Positions 19,949 through 31,046 of a stretch of DNA of 64,000 nt are shown here, in pieces (position 1 is the first letter of the stretch; the number at the start of each line of letters is the position of its first letter). The notes beneath the pieces were generated by a model that did no database searches, was not told the origin of the DNA, and worked only from the letters and a program-made list of their open reading frames with translations. This stretch comes from Franconibacter pulveris DSM 19144. GTDB lineage: Bacteria; Pseudomonadota; Gammaproteobacteria; Enterobacterales; Enterobacteriaceae. The position numbers and the translations under genes are program-made. The stretch lies in NCBI GenBank assembly GCA_000621185.1, contig KK211223.1, forward strand, positions 1 to 64,000, written 5' to 3'.

Positions 19949-21164
19949 CGATTATCAACTGCTGGCGCGTGAAAACAGCGCGCCGGTAAAAATGTGGACC
20001 AACGGCGTGCCGGTAGAATCAGAGGCGCGCGAACAACTGCTCAAAACGGCGAAAATGCCGTTTATCTTTAAACACCTGGCGGTGATGCCCGATGTGCATC
20101 TGGGTAAAGGCTCGACCATCGGCAGCGTTATTCCGACCAAAGGGGCGATTATCCCGGCGGCGGTGGGCGTGGATATCGGTTGCGGGATGATTGCGGTGCG
20201 CACGTCGCTGACTGCAAGCGACCTGCCGGATAACCTCAGCGGGCTGCGCAGCGCCATTGAGCATGCCGTGCCGCACGGGCGCACCAGCGCACGCGGCCAG
20301 CGGGATAAAGGGGCGTGGAACCGCGCGCCGCAGGAAGTGGACGCGCACTGGGCGCACCTGGCGCCGCGCTTTAAGCGGATCACCGATAAATATCCGAATC
20401 TGCTGAAAACCAACAACTATCAGCATCTGGGCACGCTGGGTACCGGCAACCACTTTATCGAGGTTTGTCTGGACGAGCAGCAGCGAGTGTGGGTCATGCT
20501 GCACAGCGGCTCGCGCGGCGTGGGTAACGCCATCGGCACCCACTTCATCGCGCTTGCTCAGAAAGATATGCAGCGCCATATCGCTAACCTGCCGGATCGC
20601 GATCTCGCTTATTTTGAAGAGGGAAGCAAGCATTATGCGGATTACATCGAAGCCGTCGAATGGGCGCAGGATTTCGCGCGCCATAACCGCGAAGTGATGA
20701 TGTCCCGCGTGCTGGCGGCGCTGTCTCAGGTCATCAAGAAACCCTTTATGACCCAGCAGGAGGCGGTGAACTGCCACCACAACTATGTGCAGAAAGAGCG
20801 TCATTTCGGCGAGGATGTGCTGGTGACGCGCAAAGGCGCTGTCTCCGCGCAGAAAGGGCAGATGGGGATTATTCCCGGTTCGATGGGCGCGAAAAGCTTT
20901 ATCGTGCGCGGTCTGGGCAACGAAGAGAGCTTCTGCTCCTGCAGCCACGGTGCGGGGCGCACCATGAGCCGAACGGCGGCGAAAAAGCGCTTTACGGTGG
21001 AAGATCAGATCCGCGCCACCGCGCACGTGGAGTGTCGCAAAGACAGCGACGTTATCGATGAAATTCCGATGGCGTATAAAGATATCGATGCGGTGATGGC
21101 CGCTCAGGCCTCATTGGTGGAAGTGGTGCATACCCTGCGCCAGGTGGTTTGCGTAAAAGGATAA
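19938..21164 (+). CDS. rtcB: RNA-splicing ligase RtcB
   Basis: 408 aa, ~75% identical to E. coli RtcB (..PFIFKHLAVMPDVHLGKGSTIGSVIPTKGAIIPAAVGVDIGCGM..). Confidence 0.95.
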   Translation: MQHNDYQLLARENSAPVKMWTNGVPVESEAREQLLKTAKMPFIFKHLAVMPDVHLGKGSTIGSVIPTKGAIIPAAVGVDIGCGMIAVRTSLTASDLPDNLSGLRSAIEHAVPHGRTSARGQRDKGAWNRAPQEVDAHWAHLAPRFKRITDKYPNLLKTNNYQHLGTLGTGNHFIEVCLDEQQRVWVMLHSGSRGVGNAIGTHFIALAQKDMQRHIANLPDRDLAYFEEGSKHYADYIEAVEWAQDFARHNREVMMSRVLAALSQVIKKPFMTQQEAVNCHHNYVQKERHFGEDVLVTRKGAVSAQKGQMGIIPGSMGAKSFIVRGLGNEESFCSCSHGAGRTMSRTAAKKRFTVEDQIRATAHVECRKDSDVIDEIPMAYKDIDAVMAAQASLVEVVHTLRQVVCVKG

Positions 21165-21168
21165 AAAA

Positions 21169-21954
21169 ATGGAACTGAACGGCGTTGATGCCGCCATGCG
21201 GGAGCGCGTGCGACACGTGCTGAAAGAAGTGGAAGCGCGCTACGGCGTGAAGGTGCTGTACGCCTGTGAATCAGGCAGCCGCGGCTGGGGTTTCGCCTCG
21301 CCGGACAGTGATTACGATGTGCGCTTTCTTTATGTGCATCCGCCCGAGTGGTATTTACGCGTTGATACGCCGCGCGACGTCATCGAGTTGCCAATAGACG
21401 ACACGCTGGACGTCTGCGGCTGGGAGTGGCGCAAAGCGCTCGGGCTGCTCAAGCGCGCTAACCCGACGCTTATCGAATGGCTCGATTCGCCAGTGGTCTA
21501 TCAGCAGGATGAAAAGGTCATCGCCGCGCTGCGTGAACAGGTGCCTGCATGGTTCTCCGCAGAGCGGGCGCGCTGGCACTACTACTCAATGGCGCGGAAA
21601 AACTTTCGCAGCTATTTGCAGGGCGATACGGTGCGGCTGAAGAAATATTTCTACGTGTTGCGCCCGCTGCTGGCGGTTCGCTGGATAGAAGCGGGCAAGG
21701 GCGCGCCGCCGATGCGTTTTGTCGAATTGCTGGACGGCGTCGTGACCGATCCGCTGCTGCGTCAGGAAATAGACGCGCTGCTGGCGAGAAAACAGCGTGC
21801 GGGCGAGGCGGAGTATGGCGCGGCGATGCCGCGGATACAGGCTTTTATCACGCAGGAGCTGGCGCGCGGCGAAACGCCGCCCGACCTGCCGCATAGTGAA
21901 AAGGCCTGCGCGACCAGGTTAGATACGCTGCTTTATGAAACGGTAATGGCCTGA
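21169..21954 (+). CDS. Pol-beta-superfamily nucleotidyltransferase (261 aa), possibly RlaP-like, occupying the rtcA position
   Basis: Begins 5 nt after the rtcB stop. Minimal NTase signature ..YACESGSRGWGFASPDSDYDVRFLYV.. (GS-x9-D-x-D). No RtcA-like cyclase is present. Confidence 0.8.
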   Translation: MELNGVDAAMRERVRHVLKEVEARYGVKVLYACESGSRGWGFASPDSDYDVRFLYVHPPEWYLRVDTPRDVIELPIDDTLDVCGWEWRKALGLLKRANPTLIEWLDSPVVYQQDEKVIAALREQVPAWFSAERARWHYYSMARKNFRSYLQGDTVRLKKYFYVLRPLLAVRWIEAGKGAPPMRFVELLDGVVTDPLLRQEIDALLARKQRAGEAEYGAAMPRIQAFITQELARGETPPDLPHSEKACATRLDTLLYETVMA

Positions 21955-21975
21955 CATTGTCAGGCCATTTTTTTA
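21945..21975. terminator. Bidirectional terminator (rtc operon / lysC)
   Basis: AATGGCCTGACA-TTG-TCAGGCCATT hairpin followed by T7. It overlaps the NTase stop and abuts the lysC stop. Confidence 0.6.
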
Positions 21976-23328
21976 TCACTCGAACAGGTTGTGATGCAGC
22001 TTCTGCACTACCTGCTCCGCTTCCGCGCCGGGCACCAGGAAACAGAGGTTATGGCTGGAGGCGCCGTAGCAGATCATGCGGATGTTGAACGGCTCCATCA
22101 CGCCGAAGACTTCTTTGCCCACGCCGCACGCTTTCGACAGATCGTTGCCAATCAGCGCCACCAGCGCCAGGTTCTCTTCTACCTCCACGCGACAGAGCGA
22201 GGAGAGCTCCGTTAGCAGCGCCTGCGTCAGCAGCGTATCGCCGGTTGAGGTGGAGCCGGTAGTGTCGAGCGTCAGCGCCACGCTCACTTCCGAGGTGGTT
22301 ATCAAATCAACGGAGATATTGTGGCGCGCCAGGATGCTGAAGACTTCGGCAAGAAAACCGCGCGAGTGCAGCATATTCAGGCTGTGCAGCGTCAGCAGCG
22401 TTTGCTTGCGGCGCAGCGCCAGCGCGCGGAATAGCGGCGGGTTGGCGGTTTCGTTGCACACCAGCGTGCCGCCGGCTTTCGGGTCTTTGCTGGAGCCGAC
22501 AAACACCGGGATATCGCTGCGCACGGCGGGCAGCAGCGTGGCCGGGTGCAGCACTTTCGCGCCAAACGTCGCCATCTCCGCCGCTTCTTCAAAAGCGATT
22601 TCATCAATGCGTTTCGCCGCGGGCACGACGCGCGGGTCGGTGGTGTAAATGCCGGGCACGTCGGTCCAGATATCGACGCGGCTTGCCTGCAACGCTTCGC
22701 CAAGGAGCGCGGCGGTATAATCGCTGCCGCCGCGGCCAAGCGTCGTGGTGCGGCCTTTCGCTTCGCTGCCGATAAAGCCCTGGGTGATGATGAGCCCCTC
22801 GGCGAGGCGCGGCTTCAGCTGTAACGTCGAGAGCTCAGAAAGCGCCGTTACATCCGGCTCGGCGCGGCCAAAGCGGTCGCTGGTACGCATCACTTTGCGC
22901 ACGTCGAACCACTGCGCTTCCACGTGGCGTTCGCGCAGGATCTCGACAAAAAGCAGGGTGGACATCAGCTCGCCGTGGCTGACCAGCTCATCAGTCAGCG
23001 CATGAGAGGTGGCAAGCGACGCGGCCTCAGAAAGGGTGGCGATGTTTTCCAGCAGGCGATCAATCTCTTCGCGGATAACCGTCGGGTTTTGCAGCCGCTC
23101 AACAATGTCGTACTGGATTTTGCGAATGGCGTCGAGCTTGACGAAGCGCTCGGTCGCTTCCAGCCCTTCGGCCAGCGCCACCAGCAGATTGGTCACGCCC
23201 GCGGAAGCGGAAAGCACCACCAGACGCACGGCCTCATCGGAAAGCACCACGTCGGCGCTGCGGTTCATGGCGTCGAAATCCGCCACGCTGGTGCCGCCAA
23301 ATTTCGCGACCACTAAAGAATCTGTCAT
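21976..23328 (-). CDS. lysC: Lysine-sensitive aspartokinase III
   Basis: 450 aa beginning MTDSLVVAKFGGTSVADFDAMNRSADVVLSD..., very close to E. coli LysC. Confidence 0.95.
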   Translation of the reverse strand: MTDSLVVAKFGGTSVADFDAMNRSADVVLSDEAVRLVVLSASAGVTNLLVALAEGLEATERFVKLDAIRKIQYDIVERLQNPTVIREEIDRLLENIATLSEAASLATSHALTDELVSHGELMSTLLFVEILRERHVEAQWFDVRKVMRTSDRFGRAEPDVTALSELSTLQLKPRLAEGLIITQGFIGSEAKGRTTTLGRGGSDYTAALLGEALQASRVDIWTDVPGIYTTDPRVVPAAKRIDEIAFEEAAEMATFGAKVLHPATLLPAVRSDIPVFVGSSKDPKAGGTLVCNETANPPLFRALALRRKQTLLTLHSLNMLHSRGFLAEVFSILARHNISVDLITTSEVSVALTLDTTGSTSTGDTLLTQALLTELSSLCRVEVEENLALVALIGNDLSKACGVGKEVFGVMEPFNIRMICYGASSHNLCFLVPGAEAEQVVQKLHHNLFE

Positions 23329-23339
23329 AACAACCTCGT

Positions 23340-23625
23340 GTCAGGGGGCCATAGCGCATGGCGTATAAAGTATTCAGCCCTGGAACAAGGAGAGAGCGGT
23401 AAGGGGGCGGACGCAGGCGGGAAAACCACAACCACATACACCCAGAAGCGCTCCACCTTGCGAAACGTTCGACTGCTGACGTTTCGGGTGACAACCCAGG
23501 GGATTCAGCCCCTGTAGCCGATAGCGAACGTTGCCAGACGCCACGCTACCTCGGCGTCGCTCCCCCTCCCGTGCCGTCTTTGGAGTGGCTCCTCGGACAC
23601 GATACCTGGGCGACGCGCCTCTTCT
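23340..23625 (-). ncRNA. Lysine riboswitch (L box) in the lysC leader
   Basis: The minus-strand reading AGAGGCGCGTCGCCCAGGTATCGTGTCCGAGGAGCCACTCC...GGCTACAGGGGCTGAATCCCCTGGGTTGTCACC... aligns almost base-for-base with the E. coli lysC riboswitch. Confidence 0.8.
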
Positions 23626-24108
23626 GGTTTTCCTTCATATTTCAGGCTGTGGCTGCGTTGCTTGCGCGGCCTTACCCCAGTCACATACTTATGTATGTGA
23701 CTGGGGATGCGCCCGCTTACCGCCTTGCCACACCCCGAACTATTTGGAAAACGGCGACTCATTGATTTTGTTTTACCGTGGCAAAACGAAATGCTGGAGT
23801 ATCAGGTTTGTTCAGTGGGCATAGCGCGACACCGAAACAACCTAAAATTTACCGGCTGACAACGCGCAGCGCGCTTCGGGCCGGTATTTATTCATAAATA
23901 AAGGGTTAGCAGGGTTATTGTCAACGATACGGTCATGGGGATTTTTCATGTTGCGCTGCCTGCCAGGAAAATAACTTATAACAGCTATACTTTCGTCTTA
24001 ACCGGCACGGTGGCGCGCAACCAACGCCATGATAAAAATCATCACAATTCCAGCCACAAGCGCTACAATCGACCGCAGTTTCAATTCTCAAATCACAAGA
24101 GTATTGCT

Positions 24109-25758
<1,650 letters not shown>

Positions 25759-25777
25759 TTAACGTGTTGTGCTGAAT

Positions 25778-25806
25778 AATGCCGGCCTGAGCGCCGGCAT
25801 TTTTTA
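25778..25806 (+). terminator. pgi terminator
   Basis: AATGCCGGC-CTGAGC-GCCGGCATT hairpin followed by T5. Confidence 0.65.
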
Positions 25807-26126
25807 TCGGAGAAATCCCGTTGTGGCGGCAAATCAGGGTTACCCGGCTTTGAGGTTAATCTGAAAAAGCGTTTTTACCCTTTCATTTTATCAGGGGAAT
25901 TTAGGATTAAACGGATTGGATGCTTTTAAGGATATATTTTAACTATTTGAATAATAGTATCTTTTAATTAAATTACCGCACTCAAGATTTTCATTTTATC
26001 TATTTGTCCTAAAACCCACCGCTTATTTCCCGATGCCATAAACCCGCAGGCGTTGTTGTGTATACTCGATTGCGCCTGAAACCCTTTTCGGGCACATCTC
26101 CATTCATTCAATGAAGGGAAATTGTT

Positions 26127-26372
26127 ATGAAAAAAATCGTTTATGGCATTTTTGCCATAGCAGCGCTGGGCGCGACTGCGGCTAATGCGGAGCCGGTAGC
26201 CACCGGTGACGCGGCAGGCGCAGCGGCGACGTCGGTGTCAGTAGGCTCCTCTACTGCAACGACCGCCAGCACTGTCGGGTCGGTTGTCGGCGTGGCGCTC
26301 GCTGCGACCGGTGGCGGCGACGGTTCTAACACCGGGACCACCACCACAACCACCACCAGCACCACGCAGTAA
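26127..26372 (+). CDS. yjbE: YjbE, secreted Gly/Thr-rich protein of the yjbEFGH exopolysaccharide operon (81 aa)
   Basis: [21 protein letters not shown] signal peptide followed by a ..[20 protein letters not shown] tail, as in E. coli YjbE. Confidence 0.85.
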   Translation: MKKIVYGIFAIAALGATAANAEPVATGDAAGAAATSVSVGSSTATTASTVGSVVGVALAATGGGDGSNTGTTTTTTTSTTQ

Positions 26373-26435
26373 CCTTCGGTGCTTTAACCATAACCACACT
26401 ACGGTGTGGTTATTTTGACTCCCTGAGGAAATGTC

Positions 26436-27074
26436 GTGAAGCGACTCGCGATTGTGATGCTCTGCCTGCTACTCCAGGCCTGTTCCTCCAATATCAAAGG
26501 AATGGCAACTTCTTTCTGGCGCGGCGTAACGGGCGCGGATGGCGTCCATCTGACAGACGACGATATTCAAAATATGCCCTATGCCAGCCAGTACATGACG
26601 TTAAACAACGGCCCGCAGCTGTTTGTGGTGCTGGCATTCTCGGAAAACGGCCAGCAAAAATGGGTCACCCAGGACCAGACCACGCTGATAACCCAGCATG
26701 GACGCCTGGTGAAAACCCTCAATCTTCGCGACAACCTGATTAGCGTAACGAACATCAACGACGATCCACTGCTGAAAGCGAACCAGATTGTTGACGGCGC
26801 AGGCTGGACCCGCGTGATGGGCTGGACGGAGCGCGGTCAGACGCGTTACGCCACGGCGCGCTCAACCTTTACCTGGGACGGAACGGACAGCATACAGGTG
26901 GGCAGCGAGTCCACGCCGGTTCGCGTGCTGGATGAAGAGGTGACCACCGAGGCGGCAAGCTGGCATAACCGCTACTGGGTAGACAGCGAAGGCGCGATCC
27001 GTCAGTCGAAGCAGTACCTTGGCGCAGGTTATTTCCCGGTTACCACTATCCTGTTGAAGGCGGCAAAAGAATGA
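26436..27074 (+). CDS. yjbF: YjbF lipoprotein (212 aa)
   Basis: GTG start. Lipobox LLLQACSS. Synteny. Confidence 0.8.
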   Translation: MKRLAIVMLCLLLQACSSNIKGMATSFWRGVTGADGVHLTDDDIQNMPYASQYMTLNNGPQLFVVLAFSENGQQKWVTQDQTTLITQHGRLVKTLNLRDNLISVTNINDDPLLKANQIVDGAGWTRVMGWTERGQTRYATARSTFTWDGTDSIQVGSESTPVRVLDEEVTTEAASWHNRYWVDSEGAIRQSKQYLGAGYFPVTTILLKAAKE

Positions 27075-27805
27075 GAACAGCAGCCCTCGCATCACTTATT
27101 TTAAGCCTGGGCAGCCTGTCGGCTTTTGCCGCAGGCACCATTACGGTTTATCCCGAACACGCACAGCCCCTGAAAGTCACCGGCGCACAGACGCTCGCCG
27201 ATCTCGTTACCCAACCCCAGCTTACGCAAAGCTGGTGGCCGGGCGCGGTTATCAGCGAACGTCAGGCGAGCGCCGTGGCGCAACAGCAGCATCAGGCGTT
27301 GCTGGGTCGGCTGGCGGCGCTTTCGGCCGATGAAGACGCCGACGATGCCGCCGCCATTAACAGTGTGCGCCAGCAACTTGCCGCAATAAAAGTAACTGGC
27401 CGCCAGTTTATTACGCTGGACCCGGACAGCGTGCGCGTAAGCCCAGGCAACAACGTGCCGCTGGAGGGTGAATACTCGCTGTGGGTGGGACCGCAGCCGA
27501 CGACCGTTACGCTGATGGGGCTGGTGAACGCGCCAGGCCCGAAGCCCTTCACGCCTGGAAAATCGGTCGCGGATTATCTGGATGAGGTGAGCCGTCTTAG
27601 CGGCGGCGAGCGCAGCTATGCCTGGGTCGTCTACCCTGATGGGCGCACGCAAAAGACGCCTGTCGCTTACTGGAACAAACGTCACGTGGAGCCGATGCCC
27701 GGCAGCATTATTTTTCTGGGCTTCGCCGAGCACACTTTTACCTCTTCTTATGACGATCTGAACGAGCAGATACTTCGCTCGCTGACGCAGCGGATACCGG
27801 ATTGA
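27071..27805 (+). CDS. yjbG: YjbG (GfcC-like periplasmic protein, 244 aa)
   Basis: Signal peptide. Start overlaps the yjbF stop. Synteny. Confidence 0.8.
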   Translation: MRTAALASLILSLGSLSAFAAGTITVYPEHAQPLKVTGAQTLADLVTQPQLTQSWWPGAVISERQASAVAQQQHQALLGRLAALSADEDADDAAAINSVRQQLAAIKVTGRQFITLDPDSVRVSPGNNVPLEGEYSLWVGPQPTTVTLMGLVNAPGPKPFTPGKSVADYLDEVSRLSGGERSYAWVVYPDGRTQKTPVAYWNKRHVEPMPGSIIFLGFAEHTFTSSYDDLNEQILRSLTQRIPD

Positions 27806-29901
27806 TGAAGAAACGCTATTTTTACAGTTTGCTGGCGCTGTCGGTCTCCTGCGCCTGCCATGCAGAAACCTATCCCGCGCCCGTCGGTCCTTCACAGTCC
27901 GATTTTGGCGGCGTGGGCTTAATGCAAACCCCTACGGCGCGCATGGCGCGGGAAGGGGAACTGAGTCTCAACTACCGCGATAACGATCAGTACCGCTACT
28001 ATTCCGCTTCCGTGCAGCTCTTCCCGTGGCTGGAAACCACGCTGCGCTACACCGACGTGCGGACTAAAAACTACAGTAACGTCGAGTCGTTCTCCGGCAA
28101 TCAGACCTATAAAGACAAAGCCTTCGACGTGAAGCTGCGGCTGTGGGAAGAGGGCTACTTCCTGCCGCAGGTCGCGGTGGGGGCGCGCGATTTGGGCGGT
28201 ACGGGGTTGTTTGACGGTGAATATGTGGTGGCGAACAAAGCCTGGGGGCCGTTTGATTTCTCGCTCGGCTTAGGCTGGGGCTATCTGGGCACCAGCGGCA
28301 ACGTGAAAAACCCGTTCTGCGAATATGACGACAAATTTTGCTACCGCGATCCGAGTTATCAGAAAGCGGGCTCCATCGACGGCAGCGCCATGTTCCACGG
28401 CCCGGCGGCGATTTTCGGCGGCGTTGAATACCAGACGCCATGGCAGCCGCTGCGCCTGAAGCTTGAGTATGAAGGCAATAACTACAGCGAAGATTTCGCC
28501 GGTAAAATCGACCAGAAGAGCAAGTTTAACGTGGGCGCGATTTACCGCGTCGCCGACTGGGCGGATGTTAACCTGAGCTACGAGCGCGGCAACACGCTGA
28601 TGTTCGGCTTTACGCTGCGCACCAACTTCAACGATCTGCGTCCTTCTTATAACGATAATCGCCGTCCGGCGTATCAGCCGCAGCCGCAGGAGGCGATTCT
28701 TCAGCACAGCGTCGTGGCGAACCAGCTTACCTCGCTGAAGTACAACGCTGGGCTGAACAACCCGCAGATTCAGGTAAAAGGCGACACGCTGTACGTGACC
28801 GGCGAGCAGTTTAAATACCGCGATTCGCAGGAAGGCATTGAGCGCGCGAACCGCATCATCATGAACGACCTGCCGGAAGGGGTGCGCACTATTCGCGTCA
28901 CCGAAACGCGCCTCAACATGCCGCAGGTTACCACGGAAACCGACGTGGCGAGCCTGAAGCGTCATCTGGAAGGCGAGCCGCTCGGCCATGAAACGGAGCT
29001 GGTGCAAAAACGCATGGAGCCGGTGGTGCCGGAAAGCACCGAGCAGGGCTGGTACATTGAGAAGCCGCGCTTTAATTTCTCGCTCAATCCGGTATTGAAC
29101 CAGTCTGTCGGCGGGCCGGAAAATTTCTACATGTATCAGGTGGGCGTGATGGCCACGGCGGATTTGTGGCTAACCGATCACCTGCTGACGACCGGCAGCC
29201 TGTTCGCCAACATTGCCAACAACTATGGCAAGTTTAACTACACCAACCCGCCGAACGACTCGGCGCTGCCGCGCGTGCGCACCCACGTACGTGAGTATGT
29301 AGAGAATGACTATTACGTTAACAACGCCCAGGCCAACTACTTCCAGTACCTGGGGAATGGCTGGTACGGGCAGGTTTACGGCGGTTATCTGGAAACGATG
29401 TACGGCGGCGCGGGGGCGGAAGTGCTTTATCGTCCGGTGGACAGCAACTGGGCCTTTGGTCTGGATGCGAACTATGTGAAGCAGCGCGACTGGACCAGCC
29501 CGCAGAACATGATGAAGTTCACTGACTACAGCGTGAAAACCGGTCATCTGACCGCCTACTGGACGCCGCCGTTTGCCCAGGATGTGCTGATTAAAGCAAG
29601 CGTAGGACAATACCTGGCGGGCGACAAAGGCGGCACGCTGGAGATAGCCAAACACTTCGACAGCGGCATCGTGGTGGGCGGTTACGCCACTATCACCAAC
29701 GTTTCGCCGGATGAGTACGGCGAAGGGGACTTCACCAAAGGGGTTTACGTTTCCGTGCCGTTCGATCTCTTCTCCGGTGGCGCAACGCGCAGCCGCGCGG
29801 CGATTGGCTGGACGCCGCTCACCCGCGACGGCGGCCAGATGCTGGGCCGTAAGTTTGACCTCTACAGCATGACCAGCGATAAGAGCGTGAATTTCCGCTA
29901 A
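27802..29901 (+). CDS. yjbH: YjbH (GfcD-like outer-membrane beta-barrel, 699 aa)
   Basis: Signal peptide and a C-terminal aromatic residue (..VNFR). Start overlaps the yjbG stop. Synteny. Confidence 0.85.
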   Translation: MMKKRYFYSLLALSVSCACHAETYPAPVGPSQSDFGGVGLMQTPTARMAREGELSLNYRDNDQYRYYSASVQLFPWLETTLRYTDVRTKNYSNVESFSGNQTYKDKAFDVKLRLWEEGYFLPQVAVGARDLGGTGLFDGEYVVANKAWGPFDFSLGLGWGYLGTSGNVKNPFCEYDDKFCYRDPSYQKAGSIDGSAMFHGPAAIFGGVEYQTPWQPLRLKLEYEGNNYSEDFAGKIDQKSKFNVGAIYRVADWADVNLSYERGNTLMFGFTLRTNFNDLRPSYNDNRRPAYQPQPQEAILQHSVVANQLTSLKYNAGLNNPQIQVKGDTLYVTGEQFKYRDSQEGIERANRIIMNDLPEGVRTIRVTETRLNMPQVTTETDVASLKRHLEGEPLGHETELVQKRMEPVVPESTEQGWYIEKPRFNFSLNPVLNQSVGGPENFYMYQVGVMATADLWLTDHLLTTGSLFANIANNYGKFNYTNPPNDSALPRVRTHVREYVENDYYVNNAQANYFQYLGNGWYGQVYGGYLETMYGGAGAEVLYRPVDSNWAFGLDANYVKQRDWTSPQNMMKFTDYSVKTGHLTAYWTPPFAQDVLIKASVGQYLAGDKGGTLEIAKHFDSGIVVGGYATITNVSPDEYGEGDFTKGVYVSVPFDLFSGGATRSRAAIGWTPLTRDGGQMLGRKFDLYSMTSDKSVNFR

Positions 29902-29904
29902 GCG

Positions 29905-30060
29905 GGCATCACCCCTCACCCTAACCCTCTCCCCACAGGGGAGAGGGGCGTGGCTGGCGACCCGGTCAGGAGGGGCTTTTTCTGCAAGGGCAAGAGCGCG
30001 CCACAGACCCGCGCGTTTTTCTCCCCCTTCCTCCCTGGAAGCGGGCTGGGTGAGGGTAGC
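29905..30060. repeat. REP/MITE-like nested palindromic element
   Basis: Inner repeat CCCTCTCCCC-ACAG-GGGAGAGGG at 29926–29948, the same core as at 5649. Outer inverted repeat CACCCCTCACCC (29910) paired with GGGTGAGGGTAGC (30043). Confidence 0.45.
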
Positions 30061-30064
30061 AACG

Positions 30065-30535
30065 CTACAGCCGGCGCAAAAGCCGCGCCGGGTTACCGGC
30101 GTAGACCCCTTTCTCGGTAAGCGATTTGGTCACCACGCTGCCTGCGCCGATGACCGCGCCGTCGCATATGGAAACGGCGAGAATGGTGGCGCCGCTGCCA
30201 ATCGACACGTTATCGCCAATCACGATTTTCCCCCAGCTTTCACGGTCCGGGTTGGGTTTGCCTTCGCGAAACATATCGTTGGCGAACATCACCCCATGGC
30301 CGATAAAGCAATTTTCGCCAATCGTGACTGACTCGCAAATAAAGGCGTGCGACTGAACGCGGGTGTTGCGGCCAATGCGCGTGCGGCTTTGGATCTCGAC
30401 AAACGGGCCGATGAAGACCCCGTCGCACAGTTCGCAGTCGTAAAGGTTGGCGGGCTCGTAAATCACCACGTTGCGGCCCACGGTGACGTTTTTTACGCCA
30501 ACGCTGCGGCGCGTCGGCTCCTCAGGCATGTTCAT
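30065..30535 (-). CDS. Hexapeptide-repeat (left-handed beta-helix) acyl/acetyltransferase (~156 aa)
   Basis: Repeated [LIV]-G-x-x-x-x motifs (..VIGDNVSIGSGATILAVSICDGAVIGAGSVV..). Start ATG 30535 (MNMPEEP) has a GGGGAAAG RBS and overlaps the upstream GNAT gene by 14 nt. Confidence 0.75.
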   Translation of the reverse strand: MNMPEEPTRRSVGVKNVTVGRNVVIYEPANLYDCELCDGVFIGPFVEIQSRTRIGRNTRVQSHAFICESVTIGENCFIGHGVMFANDMFREGKPNPDRESWGKIVIGDNVSIGSGATILAVSICDGAVIGAGSVVTKSLTEKGVYAGNPARLLRRL

Positions 30536-31046
30536 CAAGCGCTTTCCCCATAACAAACAGCACGCTCTGCTGCGTGGCGCTGCTGAATATCGTCTGCGTG
30601 AGCATCTTCATTCCCCGGGCGTCATAGAAACGGCGCGCTCCCGCATTCGCCTCCAGCACTTCCAGCCACAGCCAGCGCTCATTCTCTGCCCGTGCTTCGC
30701 GCAGGATAGCCTGCCAGAACTGCTCGCCGTAGCCTTTGCCCGTCTCGCCCGGCATCAGGTAAAGCTTGTGCAGCAGAGCGCCGGTATACGTTTGCTCCGG
30801 CACAGGTTTTCGCCAGGATATTTTTGCGAAGCCTGCCGGGCGCTCCGCTTCGGCAATCAGCCAGCGGGTGCCGACAGCGCTCAGGCTTTGCTGCAGCGCC
30901 GCTACGCTATATTCCGCGGCGATAAAATCATTGAGCTCTTCTTCGCGGCGCCATAAATGCGCGAAGTGATGACGATAGGTACAAGGCCCCATTTCGCTCA
31001 GCAGCGGGGCGTCATCAACCGTAGCGTGGCGAAATGTCAGGTGCAT
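30522..31046 (-). CDS. GNAT-family N-acetyltransferase (174 aa)
   Basis: ..YLMPGETGKGYGEQFWQAILREA.. acetyl-CoA-binding motif. Its start abuts the stop of the upstream racemase-family gene (TAA-ATG contiguous). Confidence 0.8.
   Translation of the reverse strand: MHLTFRHATVDDAPLLSEMGPCTYRHHFAHLWRREEELNDFIAAEYSVAALQQSLSAVGTRWLIAEAERPAGFAKISWRKPVPEQTYTGALLHKLYLMPGETGKGYGEQFWQAILREARAENERWLWLEVLEANAGARRFYDARGMKMLTQTIFSSATQQSVLFVMGKALDEHA

Noticed and set aside
20019-21026. 335-aa ORF antisense to rtcB, and 16915–17838 antisense to rtcR
   Set aside because: Both overlap well-supported genes on the other strand. They have Arg-rich low-complexity translations.
21169-21954. Calling this ORF rtcA because of position
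   Set aside because: The protein is 261 aa with a pol-beta NTase GS..D.D motif. It lacks the RtcA cyclase length (~340 aa) and motifs.
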